A stretch of 63,679 bases of DNA, counting the filler, from Octopus bimaculoides (lineage: Eukaryota): the NCBI RefSeq assembly GCF_001194135.2. It is 5 parts of 4 records of this genome, joined end to end, with 100 filler letters (N's around TTAATTAATTAA, not from the genome) between each part and the next. Parts side by side here need not be neighbours in the genome. Positions count along the whole stretch, not along the records: positions 25,987 to 56,017 come from NC_068991.1; positions 56,118 to 59,809 come from NC_068998.1; positions 59,910 to 63,679 come from NC_068984.1; 2 more parts are not named here. One strand, given 5' to 3'. Of the stretch, positions 51,880 to 63,679 are shown one piece after another. Positions within the stretch are counted from its first letter, which is position 1, and the number at the start of each line of letters is the position of its first letter. A program made the translations under genes and the position numbers. The notes under the pieces are model-generated. The model saw only the letters and a list, made by a program, of their open reading frames with translations, was not told the DNA's origin and made no database searches.

Positions 51880-52735
51880 AAGATTTGTGGTATCATGGTC
51901 CATTCATGTAGGGAGTTCTTGTTGAGTGAGTTGTATCCAGGTATAGGTGACTTATCTGGTAGCCTCTGAAAAAGATTTTACAAATTCCATTTAAAGGTGA
52001 TGGGATCCTTTTCGTCTTTTCTGTTTTTGAACAATGCTAAATAGGGCTGAGCCTGTTGAGGAAAAGAAGTTGTGTTGCAGTGAAATTAAGGTGTTGTGAT
52101 CCTGATTTGGGTAGGGGACGTATGGCCCGTGATCCTAGCCTTGGATGAATTTTAAAATTAATGTTGTGGCCGTTTGGGCAAAGCTGGTGGTATATTCTCC
52201 ACATCGGGCAAATGATGTATTGCTCACGACGCTGCGAGAGACAATGGAGTTTCAGAGCTTTAAGGCGTTCCCAACAATCAAGATCAGTTCTGCCTTTAAT
52301 TCTTTTAGTGAATGCCCTCTGGAGTGATTCAAATTTCGTAATGCTTTGTTTTGTGTGGAGAGACCACAAGGGGCAACAGTATTCGAGGTGTGGCCGTACA
52401 AAGGTGGTAAAAAGAGGAATGATGACATCTTGTTCTTTGGACTGGAAAGATCTTAGGATCTAGGAGCTTATCCTACGAGCTATATCGACCTTGTTGATGT
52501 GGACACTCCAGCTGATATTGTTGTCAACAGTTACTCCTAGGTCTCTGATATTATTCGATGCTGTGAGTGGTTCCCCTGCAGGAGGAGAATATGGTTGCTT
52601 TAGCATAGTCTTTTCTCCAAAATGCATTAGTTCAATTTTCCCTCGTTTAGTCACATTTTGTTTTTGACTACTCATTGCTTTACAACATGTAGATCAGACT
52701 GGAGTTCAGTTTGGTCTTCCTGTTGATAATTTTCT
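51880..52735 (-). mobile_element. CR1/L2-group LINE RT C-terminal fragment
   Basis: IRDLGVTVDNNISWSVHI, FVRPHLEYCCPLWS, ESLQRAFTKRI, WERLKALKL. Confidence 0.9.
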
Positions 52736-52759
52736 GGAGATTATATATATATATATATA

Positions 52760-53497
52760 TTGTGTTGGCAACTAAGTTCTCGTCGTTTTTTTTAAATTTA
52801 AATTTTTTAAAAGGTTTAATAAAAAATAACAACTAATTAATCAATAATGTATTCACCCTTGTTGTTTACAACTTCTTCCCAACGTTCAACAAGGTTTTCA
52901 ATGCCTCGTTGGTAGAAATCACTCGATTTCGACTCGAAAAATTGATCCAACCAAGCTCTCAATTCTGCATCAGTATTGAACGAAACTCCGCGCATAGCAT
53001 TACAAAGAGATCGAAAAAGGTGGAAATCTGTTGGTGCCAAATCAGAAGAGTACGGCGGGTGTGGCAGCACTTCCTAGCCATGCGTTTGAATGGCTCCCTT
53101 GGTCATATTGGCGATATCAGGGCGGGCGTTGTTGTGCAACAGAAGAACTCCATGCTGCCGATCAGGTCTTTTCTCTTGAATAGCCGTGTTGAGTCGTTCC
53201 ATCTGTTGAACATAGAGTTCCGCGTTGACCGTTTGGTTCGGTTCAAGCAATTCTTAATGCATAATCCCTTCCTAGTCCCACCATACACACAACATCGTTT
53301 TACGCGGATGAAGATCTTGCTTCACGCGCAGTGTCACTTGTTTACCGGGGCTAAGCTTCATATTGATGTACAGGCACCATTTTTCGTCACCAGTAACGAT
53401 TCCGTAAAGAAATCGTTGCTTGTGTCCATGAGTTGAGCGGTGACGAGCAAGCAAACCAGCGGAGATTGTGGCTCGTTGATTTTTGTTGTTGTCACTT
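52760..53497 (-). mobile_element. mariner transposon 3' two-thirds with TIR
   Basis: IVTGDEKW, LHPRKTMLCVWWD, LLHNNARP (D changed to N), PHPPYSSDLAPTDF; TIR TA|TTGTGTTGGCAACTAAGTT. Confidence 0.95.
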
Positions 53498-54353
53498 AAA
53501 GTATGCAAACCTAGATGCAATAACAGTTAAATACACTGGACCTGGAGGGATTGCAATCCCAAAGACACAGTCAGTGCGAGATCTGGGAATTTACACGAGC
53601 AATGATGCATCCTTCTATGTGTATGTTGCTAAATTAGGAATGAAGGTGGCTAACCGGATGGATTCTTAGAACTTTTAATAAGAGAGATGATCAAGAAAAC
53701 ATGATGGTATTTTGGAGGACATTTGTCCTAAGTCGCTTTGACTATTGCTCCCAGTTATAGTCACCAACCAGTGTAAGATTAATTGCAGAACTTGAGGCAA
53801 TCCAACGAAGCTACACGAAGAAGATAGACTCTATGTAGCATATAAGCTACTAGGAAAGACTCAAGAGATCGAGACTCTATTACCTAGAGCGTAGGCGGGA
53901 AAGGTGTATCATAATATACATCTGGAAGATCCTAGTGGGACTTATCCCAAACTTTGGCATCGAGACTTACACTAATGCTAGACCAGGGCACCACTGCATT
54001 GTGCCAAAGACTCCAACTTTGCCAACAAGGTATAAGACAAGATATTGTAACAGCCTGTGCTTTAAAAGCCCACAGCTCTTCAATATCCTCCCGAAGGACC
54101 TGGGAGACCTACATGGGGTAGATGTAAGTGTCTTCAAAACGAAACTAGACCTCTTACAGTCCCAAAAGTGTCCCAAATGAACCAACTTCAGAGTAGGAAG
54201 TGTAGATGAGAGCAGCTGCATCAAACTCGCTCATGCACCAAACATCAATTTCTAAAAAACAATTAGTGAAGTAAAATTATGTAGCAACATCAAATGGCGG
54301 TGACCCAGTATGGCAACAGCTCATGAGCTGAAACTAGATGAAATGAAATGAAA
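53498..54353 (+). mobile_element. CR1/L2-group LINE 3' fragment with (GAAAT)n tail
   Basis: SVRDLGIY, TFVLSRFDYCSQL, LEAIQRSYTKKI, QLFNILPKDL, FKTKLD; short tandem 3' tail. Confidence 0.9.
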
Positions 54354-54411
54354 TCAAAATATATATATTCGTACATGTATGTACGCATATATATATATAC
54401 ATATATATATA

Positions 54412-54744
54412 CTCTTTACTCTTTTTACTCTTTTACTTGTTTCAGTCATTTGACTGTGGCCATGCTGGAGCACCACCTTTAGTCGAGCAAATCGACCCCA
54501 GGACTTATTCTTTGGAAGCCTAGTACTTATTCTATCGGTCTCTATTGCTGAACCGCTAAGTTACGGGGACGTAAACACACCACCATCGGTTGTCAAGCGA
54601 TGTTGGGGGGGGGCAAACACAGACAGACAGACACACACACACACGCATATATATATATATATATATATACATATATACGACGGGCTTCTTTCAGTTTCCG
54701 TCTACCAAATCCACTCACAAGGCTTTGGTCGGCCCGAGGCTATA
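54412..54744 (-). mobile_element. Family 2 SINE, running into a gap
   Basis: Reverse complement of most of the 20393 copy. Confidence 0.9.
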
Positions 54745-55445
54745 NNNNNNNNNNNNNNNNNNNNNNNNNNNNNNNNNNNNNNNNNNNNNNNNNNNNNNNN
54801 NNNNNNNNNNNNNNNNNNNNNNNNNNNNNNNNNNNNNNNNNNNNNNNNNNNNNNNNNNNNNNNNNNNNNNNNNNNNNNNNNNNNNNNNNNNNNNNNNNNN
54901 NNNNNNNNNNNNNNNNNNNNNNNNNNNNNNNNNNNNNNNNNNNNNNNNNNNNNNNNNNNNNNNNNNNNNNNNNNNNNNNNNNNNNNNNNNNNNNNNNNNN
55001 NNNNNNNNNNNNNNNNNNNNNNNNNNNNNNNNNNNNNNNNNNNNNNNNNNNNNNNNNNNNNNNNNNNNNNNNNNNNNNNNNNNNNNNNNNNNNNNNNNNN
55101 NNNNNNNNNNNNNNNNNNNNNNNNNNNNNNNNNNNNNNNNNNNNNNNNNNNNNNNNNNNNNNNNNNNNNNNNNNNNNNNNNNNNNNNNNNNNNNNNNNNN
55201 NNNNNNNNNNNNNNNNNNNNNNNNNNNNNNNNNNNNNNNNNNNNNNNNNNNNNNNNNNNNNNNNNNNNNNNNNNNNNNNNNNNNNNNNNNNNNNNNNNNN
55301 NNNNNNNNNNNNNNNNNNNNNNNNNNNNNNNNNNNNNNNNNNNNNNNNNNNNNNNNNNNNNNNNNNNNNNNNNNNNNNNNNNNNAACAAAGTGAGGACGT
55401 GATACGGATAGTGTTATTAGACGCTCGGGAAAGGAAAGAGAGAGA

Positions 55446-55480
55446 ATATGACGTTTCGGGCGGAGCCCTTCGTCGGAAAC
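55446..55480 (-). ncRNA. Minimal hammerhead motif (U4C core variant)
   Basis: CCGACGA-A-GGGC-TCC-GCCC-GAAA-C-GTC; weak stem I. Confidence 0.55.
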
Positions 55481-55543
55481 AAGGAAAGTTCAGAGAAGGG
55501 AAAAACTGAGAAAGAAAAAAATCAACACCGATGTCCACGAGCT

Positions 55544-55575
<32 letters not shown>

Positions 55576-55691
55576 TATATATACATACATACACACATAT
55601 ATATATATATATATATGTTTATATATCTACAGAAATATATGTGTATATATATTTATATGCACATGCATATATATGTATGTTTATATATACT

Positions 55692-55778
<87 letters not shown>

Positions 55779-55920
55779 TCACACACACATACATATATGA
55801 TGAAGGAATGAAAATGACAATGACTTTTTTTTTTTTACCTGTAGTGCCCCGCCAAAATATTTCACACGCAAAATATAAATCTTGAATACCTTGGCAGAAA
55901 GTTCCAGAAATTTATCACCG

Positions 55921-55954
<34 letters not shown>

Positions 55955-55979
55955 CATCATCATCATTATTATTATTATT

Positions 55980-56017
<38 letters not shown>

Positions 56018-56117
56018 NNNNNNNNNNNNNNNNNNNNNNNNNNNNNNNNNNNNNNNNNNNNTTAATTAATTAANNNNNNNNNNNNNNNNNNNNNNNNNNN
56101 NNNNNNNNNNNNNNNNN
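56018..56117. other. Synthetic assembly linker N44-TTAATTAATTAA-N44
   Basis: Same 100-bp construct. Confidence 0.95.
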
Positions 56118-56347
56118 CACACACACTCACACACACTCACACACACTCACACACACACACACACACATATAGACATACAGACGCACATGCACGAATGCAC
56201 CATAGGCATGCACACGCAGACACATTAGTAGTAGTAGTAGTAACTAAATAGTCTACAGCAATACTTCAATACCAAAGAGAACTCAATACGTTAAAGTAAA
56301 ATATTATATATATATATATATATTGATATATTGATATATATAATATA

Positions 56348-56585
56348 TCGCTTGACAACTGATTCTGGTGTGTTTACGTCCCCGTAACGTAGCGGTTCGG
56401 CAAAAGAGACCGATTGAATATAAGTACTAGGCTTACAAAGAATAAGCTCTGGGGTCGATTTGCTCGGCTANNNNNNNNNNGCTTACAAAGAATAAGCTCT
56501 GGGGTCGATTTGCTCGGCTATAAAGCCGGTGCTCCAGCATGGCCGCAGTCAAATGACTGAAACAAGTAAAAGAGTAAAAAGAGAG
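56348..56585 (+). mobile_element. Family 2 SINE 3' half
   Basis: Matches ~20725-20908; contains a 40-bp duplication across a 10-N gap. Confidence 0.85.
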
Positions 56586-56606
56586 TGGATAATACGTTTA
56601 TATGCA

Positions 56607-56890
56607 GGGTTCCAGTTGGTCCGATCAACGGAGAACAGATTGCTCATGAAATTAACGTGCAAGTGGCTGAGCACTCCGCAGATACGTGTACCCTTAACGT
56701 AGTTTTCAGGGAGATTCAGTGTGATACAGGGTTTGACAAGGCTGGCCACTTCAAGCACAGGTACTACTCATTTTTCTCAGCGGAGTAGACAGGAGCAATG
56801 TGAGATAAAGTGTCTTGCTCAAGGACACAACGCGTCGCCAGGAATTGAACTCACGATCGTCAGCCGAGTACCCTAACCACTGACCATTAT
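56607..56890 (-). mobile_element. Chimeric SINE: CORE-like head plus family 3 tail
   Basis: CCTTGAGCAAGACACTT core as at 1133, joined to the GTACACG...CACTTGCACGTTAATTTC tail of 4885 and 28512. Confidence 0.75.
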
Positions 56891-57109
56891 GCAAAATACA
56901 TAGAAAAATGGATGATTAATGATGGAAGCAACACTCAAGGGTGTAACCCAGTCATGGGCAAATTGCGGTCCGCGGAACTTCCTGCATGGCATGCCCTAAC
57001 GAAAAATTACCTTCAAGTTTTTAGTAGTGTAGACCGTCTTATGATGAGTCCTGTTTCATCTGGTCTTCTTCTCGAAAAAGGTTACTCAGGCTTGATATAA
57101 CCCATGAGT

Positions 57110-57320
57110 GATAACGGTTGCTAGCAACTTCTGGCTGATAACAGCTGCTAGTCAACCCCTGGATGTTATCGGCTGCCAGACAATCTCTGATGGCAACAGC
57201 TACCAGGTAATTTCTGCGTGATAACTGATTCTATGCAACCTTTGGTGATGATAACAGCTAGACAATCTCTAAGTGATAGCGGTTATTACACAATCTCTGG
57301 CGATGAACTGTTGCTAGAGA
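57110..57320. repeat. Degenerate ~27-bp minisatellite, about 8 units
   Basis: Units such as GATAACAGCTGCTAGTCAACCCCTG and GATAACAGCTAGACAATCTCT. Confidence 0.75.
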
Positions 57321-58634
57321 GATGCCGGGTTATTTCTCATGAAAGTGGCCTTTTGCCATAACTGTAGTTAGTGCTGAGATATTTCAAATTTCTTCTATTT
57401 TTGTGCAGTTTGATACAGAGTACTGCTGACCAGTTAGTGGGTTGTCTCTGGAATCACCAAAATTTGTAGTTCTTGGATTAATGAACTAAGTGCCAGTCGC
57501 CTTGAAGAGGCAATGTCAACGACTTTCTCTGGCCCCTCTCCTTCCAAGTATTGTCCTTCTGCCTGTGTTTCAAAATATTGTTATCGTTGTATGCTGCTGT
57601 TGCATCCTACAACCTTAGATACCTTAAACACCTTTTCTGATAATCCTTGCTGTGGCCGAAGACTTGTAAAGTCAGGAAACTTGTCTCGATCTCCCAACAT
57701 CCACAGCCAACCATTCAAATCGAGCATTTTGCAACTGTTCCTAGAGTTTCTTTAACAATCAGGATAATTAAAACTTCCGGGCGTCTCAGGAAAGCCTTCC
57801 AAATAAACCTTGCATGTTATTCTTTTCTTACGCTAGGGGCGGGGGCCAGTCAATTAGATCGACCCCAGTACACAGGTACTACCACCGCCACAACTACTAC
57901 TCCTACCACAACTACTACTCCTACCACTACTACCATCACCATTACTACAACAACCATTATTATTATTCATGCACATGTCTTTAAGTCGACCGCTTTACTC
58001 TTCCATCTATCCCACCTGGGGGTCAATAGCATAAAGTACCAGTCATATACGGTGGCTCGATCCAGTCGTCAACACAGTACTCCCCCCCTCCTCTACCGCT
58101 ACGCACACCACCGAATGCCATGGTTATTGTAATCACGACAGAAGTGGTTGTTCGTTTTTCCTTGAAGTGTCAACAACAGTCTTTCCTCAAATCTTTTCAC
58201 CAATCTTCACCCACACCCACAAACCCTCCACTCCACCATCAACACTCCCCCCGCCGTCAAGATACCCCCCACAACACGCCTTGGCTCTTCACATCTCACG
58301 CTCCCTCGTATTTCTCGTCTTACATACACACACACACACACATAGACGCACACATAAACGCACACACACACACACTCACCATCGCCACCCTAACAAGAGC
58401 CCCTTCAGATTGTGTTCTATTTCCGGCCCTTTAACACAACCCCTCCTTCCTTCCTTCCTTCTCCCCTAGAAAGACACACACACACACATACACAGCTACA
58501 CACATATACACAGACACATACATATACACAGATATATGTATATATATATATACATACACATACGTATACCATACACGCACGCATACATATGTCTTTCCAT
58601 TTCCTTAAGATCTTTGTATATGTGAACTTGTGTT

Positions 58635-58681
<47 letters not shown>

Positions 58682-58848
58682 AAATGTATATCTGCATTCT
58701 AAATCCCCCTCCCCCTCCCGTACGCGCANNNNNNNNNNTGTATATCTGCATTCTAAATCCCCCTCCCCCTCCCGTACGCGCAGACGTTGTTATAACAGCG
58801 GTATTCCCCCTCCTTCATTCCGCCGGACAAGAGACTGAAACAGTAACT

Positions 58849-58962
<114 letters not shown>

Positions 58963-59215
58963 ACAACATCGTTAAGAATTACAGCCAGCACCACTGCCAC
59001 CGTCACTACCTTCACCATCATCACTACTACCACCACCACCATCACCACTACTACCACTAGCACAACCACCACTACCATCACCATCACCATCACCATCACC
59101 ACAATCACCACATGTCAATCTCCATACGCTATGTTCTCGAAACGTCTTTTCTGAAATCTTCTCCACAAGAGATTTTATCACAATGGCTTCTTTTTTTCGT
59201 TGTTTCTTATTATAT

Positions 59216-59259
<44 letters not shown>

Positions 59260-59344
59260 GCCTACACACACATGTATGCATGTATTTTATATGCATATAT
59301 AAATATAAATATATATATATAGAGAGAGAGAGATGAATATATAC

Positions 59345-59492
59345 CGCAGACGTGGTTGTGTGGTAAGAAGCTCGCTTCCCAGTCACATAGTTCTGAGTTC
59401 AGTTCCACTGCGTGACACCTTGGACAAGTGTCTTCTACTATAGCTTCGGGTGAGTGGAATCGGTAGACGGTAACTGAAACAAGCCCGTCGTA
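59345..59492 (+). mobile_element. Family 2 SINE head
   Basis: Matches the head at 20393. Confidence 0.8.
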
Positions 59493-59574
59493 TATATATA
59501 TATATATATATTCGCCATGATAGATCGCTGACCACTACATTTATATTTTTTTCTCTCCTTATTTCTTTGTGTTC

Positions 59575-59610
59575 CTTTCAGTTGAAGAGCGTAGGCTCGA
59601 AACGTCAAAG
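59575..59610 (+). ncRNA. Minimal hammerhead motif, core-degenerate
   Basis: CTTT-CAGTTGA-A-GAGC-GTAG-GCTC-GAAA-C-GTC-AAAG; stems I and II perfect, two core deviations. Confidence 0.6.
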
Positions 59611-59809
59611 ACTTTCTCTATTCCCGAGCGTTAAACTAATACATCCATTTGTTGTTTACACCACCTGTCTTCATCTGTTGTTTTTTTCGTAAATTCTCCC
59701 ATATATGTATATATATTTTCCGACGCTACTCTATCTCTCTCTTTCTCTTCCTCCTTAATTTTTCCCCCTCTCGTTCTTCCTCTGTTTACTACTACGTATC
59801 AGTGATAAA

Positions 59810-59909
59810 NNNNNNNNNNNNNNNNNNNNNNNNNNNNNNNNNNNNNNNNNNNNTTAATTAATTAANNNNNNNNNNNNNNNNNNNNNNNNNNNNNNNNNNN
59901 NNNNNNNNN
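59810..59909. other. Synthetic assembly linker N44-TTAATTAATTAA-N44
   Basis: Same 100-bp construct. Confidence 0.95.
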
Positions 59910-60240
59910 TAAAACGAAGGAAAACGAACACACGTGTGTTGCCTCTCTGCAAAATGTCAGAAGTAATGGAGATTAAATACGCTTTACACCGTTTAAACTG
60001 CCAAATGAACCGCTTAAACTGCCAAAGGAGTAACTGTAAACAGCTGAATACTTGTCAGTGATTGGTTGAAATTATCGAAATAAGACAATTTTTTACATGA
60101 AATAACTTCGAATACAAAAATTTTTTTCTGTTCTATAACACAAAATAGATAAGTATACGAAGTTTGAAAGTCTTTCGGTACCAAAAACGCTACATAAAAC
60201 ATAAATGAAAACTGGTGCCCCCGTTTTGAACTAGATCCTA
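59910..60240 (-). mobile_element. Unclassified DNA-transposon-like repeat end (related to 16283-16591)
   Basis: Minus strand GGATCTAGTTCAAAACGGGGGCACCAG terminus and AACCAATCACTGAC block. Confidence 0.55.
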
Positions 60241-61368
60241 TTTCTTTTTATAATATGATTACTCAAACTTTGTCTCAACACTTTAGTTTCCCTAAAACCG
60301 CAGGATGTGGAATGCAATATATAATTGGACGAATAAAATAGTAGAACCCAAATATTTACATACCAATATATAAAGAATAAGGCACAATATATAAGAAAAC
60401 AATAAAATAATTATTGAAACAGTGCATCTCTATAGAAATGAAACATCCACTAGTAGTGATCAGAGAACCCACATTCTTGATTCATCTTTTACATGACTTC
60501 CCTTTTCTATTGTTCTTGGCTGGTACTTTCAAAAATTTTCCTAGTGGAATCTCCAGCCATCGGCACTTGAACTTTACAATAAACACAAGGATCACTGATG
60601 TGTTTCTCTTTTTAAATAGTGCAGGACCATCTTCTAGGTAGGTGTAGCACAACAGGGGCTTGTAATTTTACCCCATCCTCTGTTTAAAGAGAATATATAC
60701 GAGGTCATATGACTATTCTCTCTGAAAGGCAATTTGACTTAAAATATCTACGAAGGTTTCTCCAATTCGTTTGGATGGAACAAGAAGACACCTTTCAGCT
60801 TTGACAAAGCACGGATAGTTTACGTTCTTCCTATCGCGCATCTCTGAAATAGATTACCGAAAGCTGGCGACTGTCATGTGTACAAAAGGCCTCAGCTTTC
60901 ATTCTTTCAGCAACATGCTCTATATCTTGAATATTCTTTAAGTATATCTAGGAAGGGCACTGTCATATTCTTGATAAACATTTCCAGTGAGTATATTTAA
61001 ATTAAATGGTAATATACCAACGATTCATTTTTGCTCGTAGTTACTATTAGTAGTTTGGGTTGCTATGATAATAATTTTTATTGTTTTCTGTGTTATTTGG
61101 TACATTTTCTGTTTTCATTCAGAGGGCATGATCCTTTTTCTGTTTTCACTTAGTGGGCGTGGCGACTTTTTCGTATCTCAGTGACTTGAAGGAAAACAAT
61201 AAACTCTGCCCAAAAGCGTAAATATAAACAATATTTTACTGCTCCCCACTCAATGAACAAAGAGACTCCAGACTATAAAATTGTTTGCAAATGACATTTT
61301 TGCTATAGAAAATCTCTATTTTATATAGGGTTCTCCGGAGCGATTTGTAAACAACGTCTACTTCGGAT

Positions 61369-61434
<66 letters not shown>

Positions 61435-61625
61435 GTTTCAAATTTTGGCACAAGGCTAGCAATTTCGGCGTGGGAGGGGGTTAAGTCGATTACATCGACT
61501 CCAGTACTTAACTGGTGCTTTTTTTTATCGACTCGGAAAGGACGAGAAGCAAAATTGACCTCGATGGAATTTGAACTCAGATCGTAATGCCTCTGATGAA
61601 ATACCTCTGCATTGTGTAGCATGGC

Positions 61626-61656
<31 letters not shown>

Positions 61657-61727
61657 CTAGTGGTGGTGATGATGTCTATTTTTGCACGTTTGAAAAGTGT
61701 TTGAATCATTGTCTATTTTATTTTCAG

Positions 61728-62294
61728 CATGCAATTCATCGGTGGCCGACATCCTCTTCATTCTGGACTCGTCCGGAAGCGTGTCAAATGTTGACTTTAC
61801 TAAAATGATAACTTTCGTCAAAGAAATGGTAAAAGGTTTTGATGTCGGCAAAGATAAAATCCGTGTTGCAGTTAGTTTATTTGCTGGAACCAGCGTTGAA
61901 AAATTCCATCTCAACAAATATTCCGACAAAAATGCTTTACTCTCAGCCATAGGAGCCATTAAAAGAATTTCGGGCAACACCAATACAGCCGATGCTCTCA
62001 CAAAAGCGCGCACTGTCATTTTCACGGCTGGTAACGGGGATAGACCAAAAGTTCCCAATATTGCAATTGTCATCACTGATGGCAACTCTAACAATGCCCA
62101 ATTGACAGTGTCGGCAGCCAATAACCTGAAGGCAACTCAAGCTGTTGTATTCTCCATCGGTGTTGGTACTAACATACGGCAAAGTGAATTACAGGCGATT
62201 GCTACAGGACCAGGTACAAGTCATGTGTTTACGGTTACGAACTTTGCGGCCCTCAATACCATCAAAAAGGAACTCGCTACCAAGACATGTGAAG
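61728..62294 (+). CDS. Internal exon encoding one complete VWA domain (matrilin / collagen VI, XII-like extracellular protein)
   Basis: TTATTTTCAG acceptor, G|GTAAG donor, 567 nt in phase 1-1; ADILFILDSSGS (MIDAS DxSxS), GNTNTADAL, IVITDG, VFSIGVG, flanking cysteines. Confidence 0.95.
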
Positions 62295-63634
62295 GTAAGA
62301 GGCATTTTATTTTGACTGTTATCTTTTACTTGTATCAGTTATTAGACTACGCCCATGTCACGGCACCGCCTTAAAAAGCTTAGTCTAACAAATCGACCCA
62401 AGCTAGTGCGGATTTTTTTTTCTAAGCCTGATACTTATTCTATCAAGTTCTTTTTCCGAACCATTATGTTAAGGGAGCGTAAACATAACAACAGCGTATG
62501 ACAAGCTGTGGATAATGGAGGACAAACACAAACACACGCACACATATATTTGCATATATATGAATATAAGGATGTGTGTATATATATAAATATGTGTGTA
62601 TANNNNNNNNNNNNNNNNNNNNNNNNNNNNNNNNNNNNNNNNNNNNNNNNNNNNNNNNNNNNNNNNNNNNNNNNNNNNNNNNNNNNNNNNNNNNNNNNNN
62701 NNNNNNNNNNNNNNNNNGTGTGTGTAAGTCAGTAAATGATGGGGTTGTGTTAACCGCACGCGGAGAAATGATAGGAAAAGAAAAAATAATACTAATAAGG
62801 CAGAATGTTAAACTGAAAGCATATTTTAATATAAATGGGTGTAAGAAAGATTAAAAAGGTTTTCAAACCGGCTTTCATTGCATGGCGAACCTCATAATGG
62901 GCTTCTTTGAACTATCACTTTATGAGATATCACGCCAGAAATTTGGACACCTTTCCCACATCTACTTAGTAGAAAACTGGAAAAGATACCTAGATGATTG
63001 TTATATACACACACATACGTGTGTGTGTGTGTTACTTCATTAAACATCATGCAATTTCAAAGATGTTTAATTCAAATGAAGAGAAACGATAAAGTGCATG
63101 GTTTCGTTTGCTTGTTTTTATTTGTTATGTGGTAACATTTTACACTTCAATCTGCTCGGCATTTTGGCATTGCGGCAGTGTAGAGATTGGATTTCCTTGA
63201 TTCAGGCCACCGGAATTGGCCCTTCAATCATAGCCAAGAGATTCGAACTGGTTTGATGGTAAGAAAGAAATCACACCGTTAGTATGTAGTAATACATCTC
63301 CTTTGTAGCACTGAGCTACAACTTTCTGTGACTATCATCATCAGCATCCATCTCAGAGTTCTTACTTTGTGTTCTTTAATTTAAGTAATTTGAACTTGTT
63401 CCTCTCTTTTTGATTGTTTTTGAATATGTCGCAACTAAGAGTATGTATGTTTGTTTCTGTATCTACAAGCGTGTATGTGTATGTTTACATATGTGTATAC
63501 CTGTACATATTTCTGTGTGAATATGCGTGGCTTTGCATATGTGTATATATACATATGCCCATATATAGGTTTGTAATGGGCGTAAATGCATTTATCAGTA
63601 TCAGAATCTGTGCATACATGAATACATGTGTGAG

Positions 63635-63679
<45 letters not shown>

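Noticed and set aside
56430-56510. 40-bp direct repeat across a 10-N gap
   Set aside because: Contig-overlap artefact; an identical copy sits on each side of the gap.
58685-58782. 44-bp direct repeat across a 10-N gap
   Set aside because: Same overlap artefact.
60400-60990. Coding-like unique segment, perhaps a decayed transposase
   Set aside because: The frames I read have multiple stops and no motif I can identify.
63208-63260. Possible 53-nt exon downstream of the VWA exon (ATTCAG|...ATG|GTAAG)
   Set aside because: Splice signals are plausible, but the peptide (HRNWPFNHSQEIRTGLM) is unrecognisable; needs RNA-seq.

Overview
AT-rich, repeat-saturated animal genomic DNA with many N gaps and long microsatellite tracts. 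The SINE and LINE repertoire looks like a coleoid cephalopod, probably Octopus; this is my recognition, not a database result. Only one host coding exon is well supported: a complete von Willebrand factor A (VWA) domain at 61728-62294 (+, phase 1-1, intact MIDAS). The rest is mobile-element debris: several tRNA-derived SINE families (nested, multimeric, modular), RTE, CR1-type and HERO-like LINE fragments, three mariner remnants, a pogo/Tigger-like MITE, two nested non-autonomous Helitrons, Penelope-like relics with hammerhead-ribozyme motifs, and the 5' end of a GC-rich Ty3/Gypsy element. Almost all supplied ORFs are microsatellite or gap artefacts. Headline observations: (1) the Gypsy primer-binding-site position is complementary to the 5' 12 nt of tRNA-Phe rather than its 3' end, and also copies the tRNA's own 3' acceptor strand, suggesting an unusual priming mode; (2) six hammerhead-like motifs of three architectures; (3) a Helitron inside a Helitron; (4) a nested ~3.3 kb palindrome; (5) a shift in CpG decay near 16 kb; (6) four synthetic TTAATTAATTAA linkers marking assembly joins.
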